A stretch of 16,486 bases of DNA, taken from contig JBGPQP010000018.1 of NCBI GenBank assembly GCA_041489155.1, positions 1-16,486 of the forward strand. The letters are read 5' to 3'. A program made the translations under genes and the position numbers. The notes beneath the pieces were generated by a model. The model did not search any database. It saw nothing but the letters and a program-made list of their open reading frames with translations, and was not told the DNA's origin. The DNA is from Candidatus Aenigmatarchaeota archaeon (lineage in GTDB: Archaea > Aenigmatarchaeota > Aenigmatarchaeia > QMZP01 > QMZT01). This document shows, piece by piece, positions 15,421 to 16,486 of the stretch. The number at the start of each line of letters is the position of its first letter. Within the stretch, counting starts at the first letter, position 1.

Positions 15421-15553
15421 GTAAACATGCCACCGCGATAGCGGAAAACACCTGCATCGCGCTGGATATTCCTAATATTAAGAGTATATATTAATAAATA
15501 TACGTTCTTTTAAAACTTTCGCGTTTTTTAAGCTTTTTGCCATCTTCTAATTC

Positions 15554-16486
15554 ATGGATTTCGGATTTGACAGTTTCGGGACCTCGGATTTCGAGACCGA
15601 ATTAGAGGAATTCGAATTGGTCAAGACCAAGAAGATGGATAGGAATTTCATGATAGGTGAAGGTGGGAGCATACTGTCCACTCCGGTTGCTCATGAAGGA
15701 ACGATTTATTTCGGAAGCGCTGATAATTACGTTTATGCCGTCGACGCTAAAACAGGGAAGGAAATCTGGAAGTACAGGACCAGCGGGAAAATATTTTCAG
15801 TGCCGGCGATTGCGGACGGCATGCTTTTTATCGGTAGCTATGACAAGAACCTTTATGCCATAACGTTGGACGGCAAGGAAGCCTGGCGCTTTCAGACGGG
15901 CGGCGAGGTGGCGTCATCGCCTTGCGTTTATGGCGGCTTGATTCTGGCGGGCTCTAAAGATGGCTATCTTTATGCCGTAGACAAGAAAACGGGCAGGCGT
16001 GTATGGAGTTTCAGAACAGGCGACTGGGTGGTTTCAAGTCCTGTCGCATGGAATGACAGGATATACATAGGCTCTTACGACGGGAATTTTTACTGCCTTT
16101 CGGCAAAGGGAAAGGAACTCTGGAGATTCAGAATGGGTGCAGAAATGTGGGATCTCTGCCACAAGCCTTCCATCTCTGAGAGCGTCATTTATTTCGCTTC
16201 CATGGATGGCTACCTGTATGCTGTCGATGCCGAGACAGGCAAGGAAATCTGGCGCTTCCGTACAGCCAAATATGGCAACGCTGTCCAGCCTGTTGTCTAT
16301 GGTGATATTGTCCTCCAGCCGTCGAGGGACGCGATTCTCTATGCTTTCACAAAGGATGGAAAAGAGCTATGGAGATTCAGACTGGGAAGCCTGCCCGGCG
16401 GGCCTCTGGTTTACAATGATACGATATACATCGGGGACGAAACCGGCGCATTCTACGCCATCTCCCTTGAAGGAAAGGAGCTGTGG
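15554..16486 (+). CDS. PQQ-like (BamB-type) beta-propeller repeat protein, 3'-truncated
   Basis: Open frame from ATG 15554 to the window end (311 codons): MDFGFDSFGTSDFETELEEFELVK..., then seven ~40-aa repeats of the form S.P....IY.GS.D..LYA....GKE.W.F. Absent from the ORF track because there is no stop in the window. Confidence 0.92.
   Translation, partial: MDFGFDSFGTSDFETELEEFELVKTKKMDRNFMIGEGGSILSTPVAHEGTIYFGSADNYVYAVDAKTGKEIWKYRTSGKIFSVPAIADGMLFIGSYDKNLYAITLDGKEAWRFQTGGEVASSPCVYGGLILAGSKDGYLYAVDKKTGRRVWSFRTGDWVVSSPVAWNDRIYIGSYDGNFYCLSAKGKELWRFRMGAEMWDLCHKPSISESVIYFASMDGYLYAVDAETGKEIWRFRTAKYGNAVQPVVYGDIVLQPSRDAILYAFTKDGKELWRFRLGSLPGGPLVYNDTIYIGDETGAFYAISLEGKELW

Noticed and set aside
15657..15863. 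68-aa + strand ORF
   Set aside because: Out-of-frame within the PQQ-repeat gene that starts at 15554.

Overview
Archaeal DNA, judged from rpl19e, archaeal-type uS2/uL18, type II MAP, Lhr, GGTG/GGAG Shine-Dalgarno sites and TATA boxes. A DPANN-like host is plausible but is inference only. The left ~5.6 kb is a visibly more AT-rich His-Xaa-Ser (Hxs) radical-SAM peptide-modification locus. The ORF track misses its key gene: the 3' end of a + strand ORF (frame 2, open from the window edge to TAA at 362-364) encoding at least 38 uninterrupted His-[Gly/Ser/Ala]-Ser tripeptides capped by CWTCQ. Converging on it from the - strand are hxsD (with a Cys-rich insert), a second short HxsD-like gene, an HxsB-like radical SAM/SPASM enzyme, a membrane-anchored subtilase with a 13-Cys tail, and a GT4-like glycosyltransferase. 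Upstream on the same strand lie map and a bacterial-type metK, which is divergent from an HTH-CBS regulator. The remainder is housekeeping: Lhr helicase, then rps2-rpl19e-rpl18 (His-rich tail)-mnhEFG-ftsY on the - strand, and a 3'-truncated PQQ-type beta-propeller gene also missed by the ORF track. All calls come from reading motifs by eye; no searches were run.
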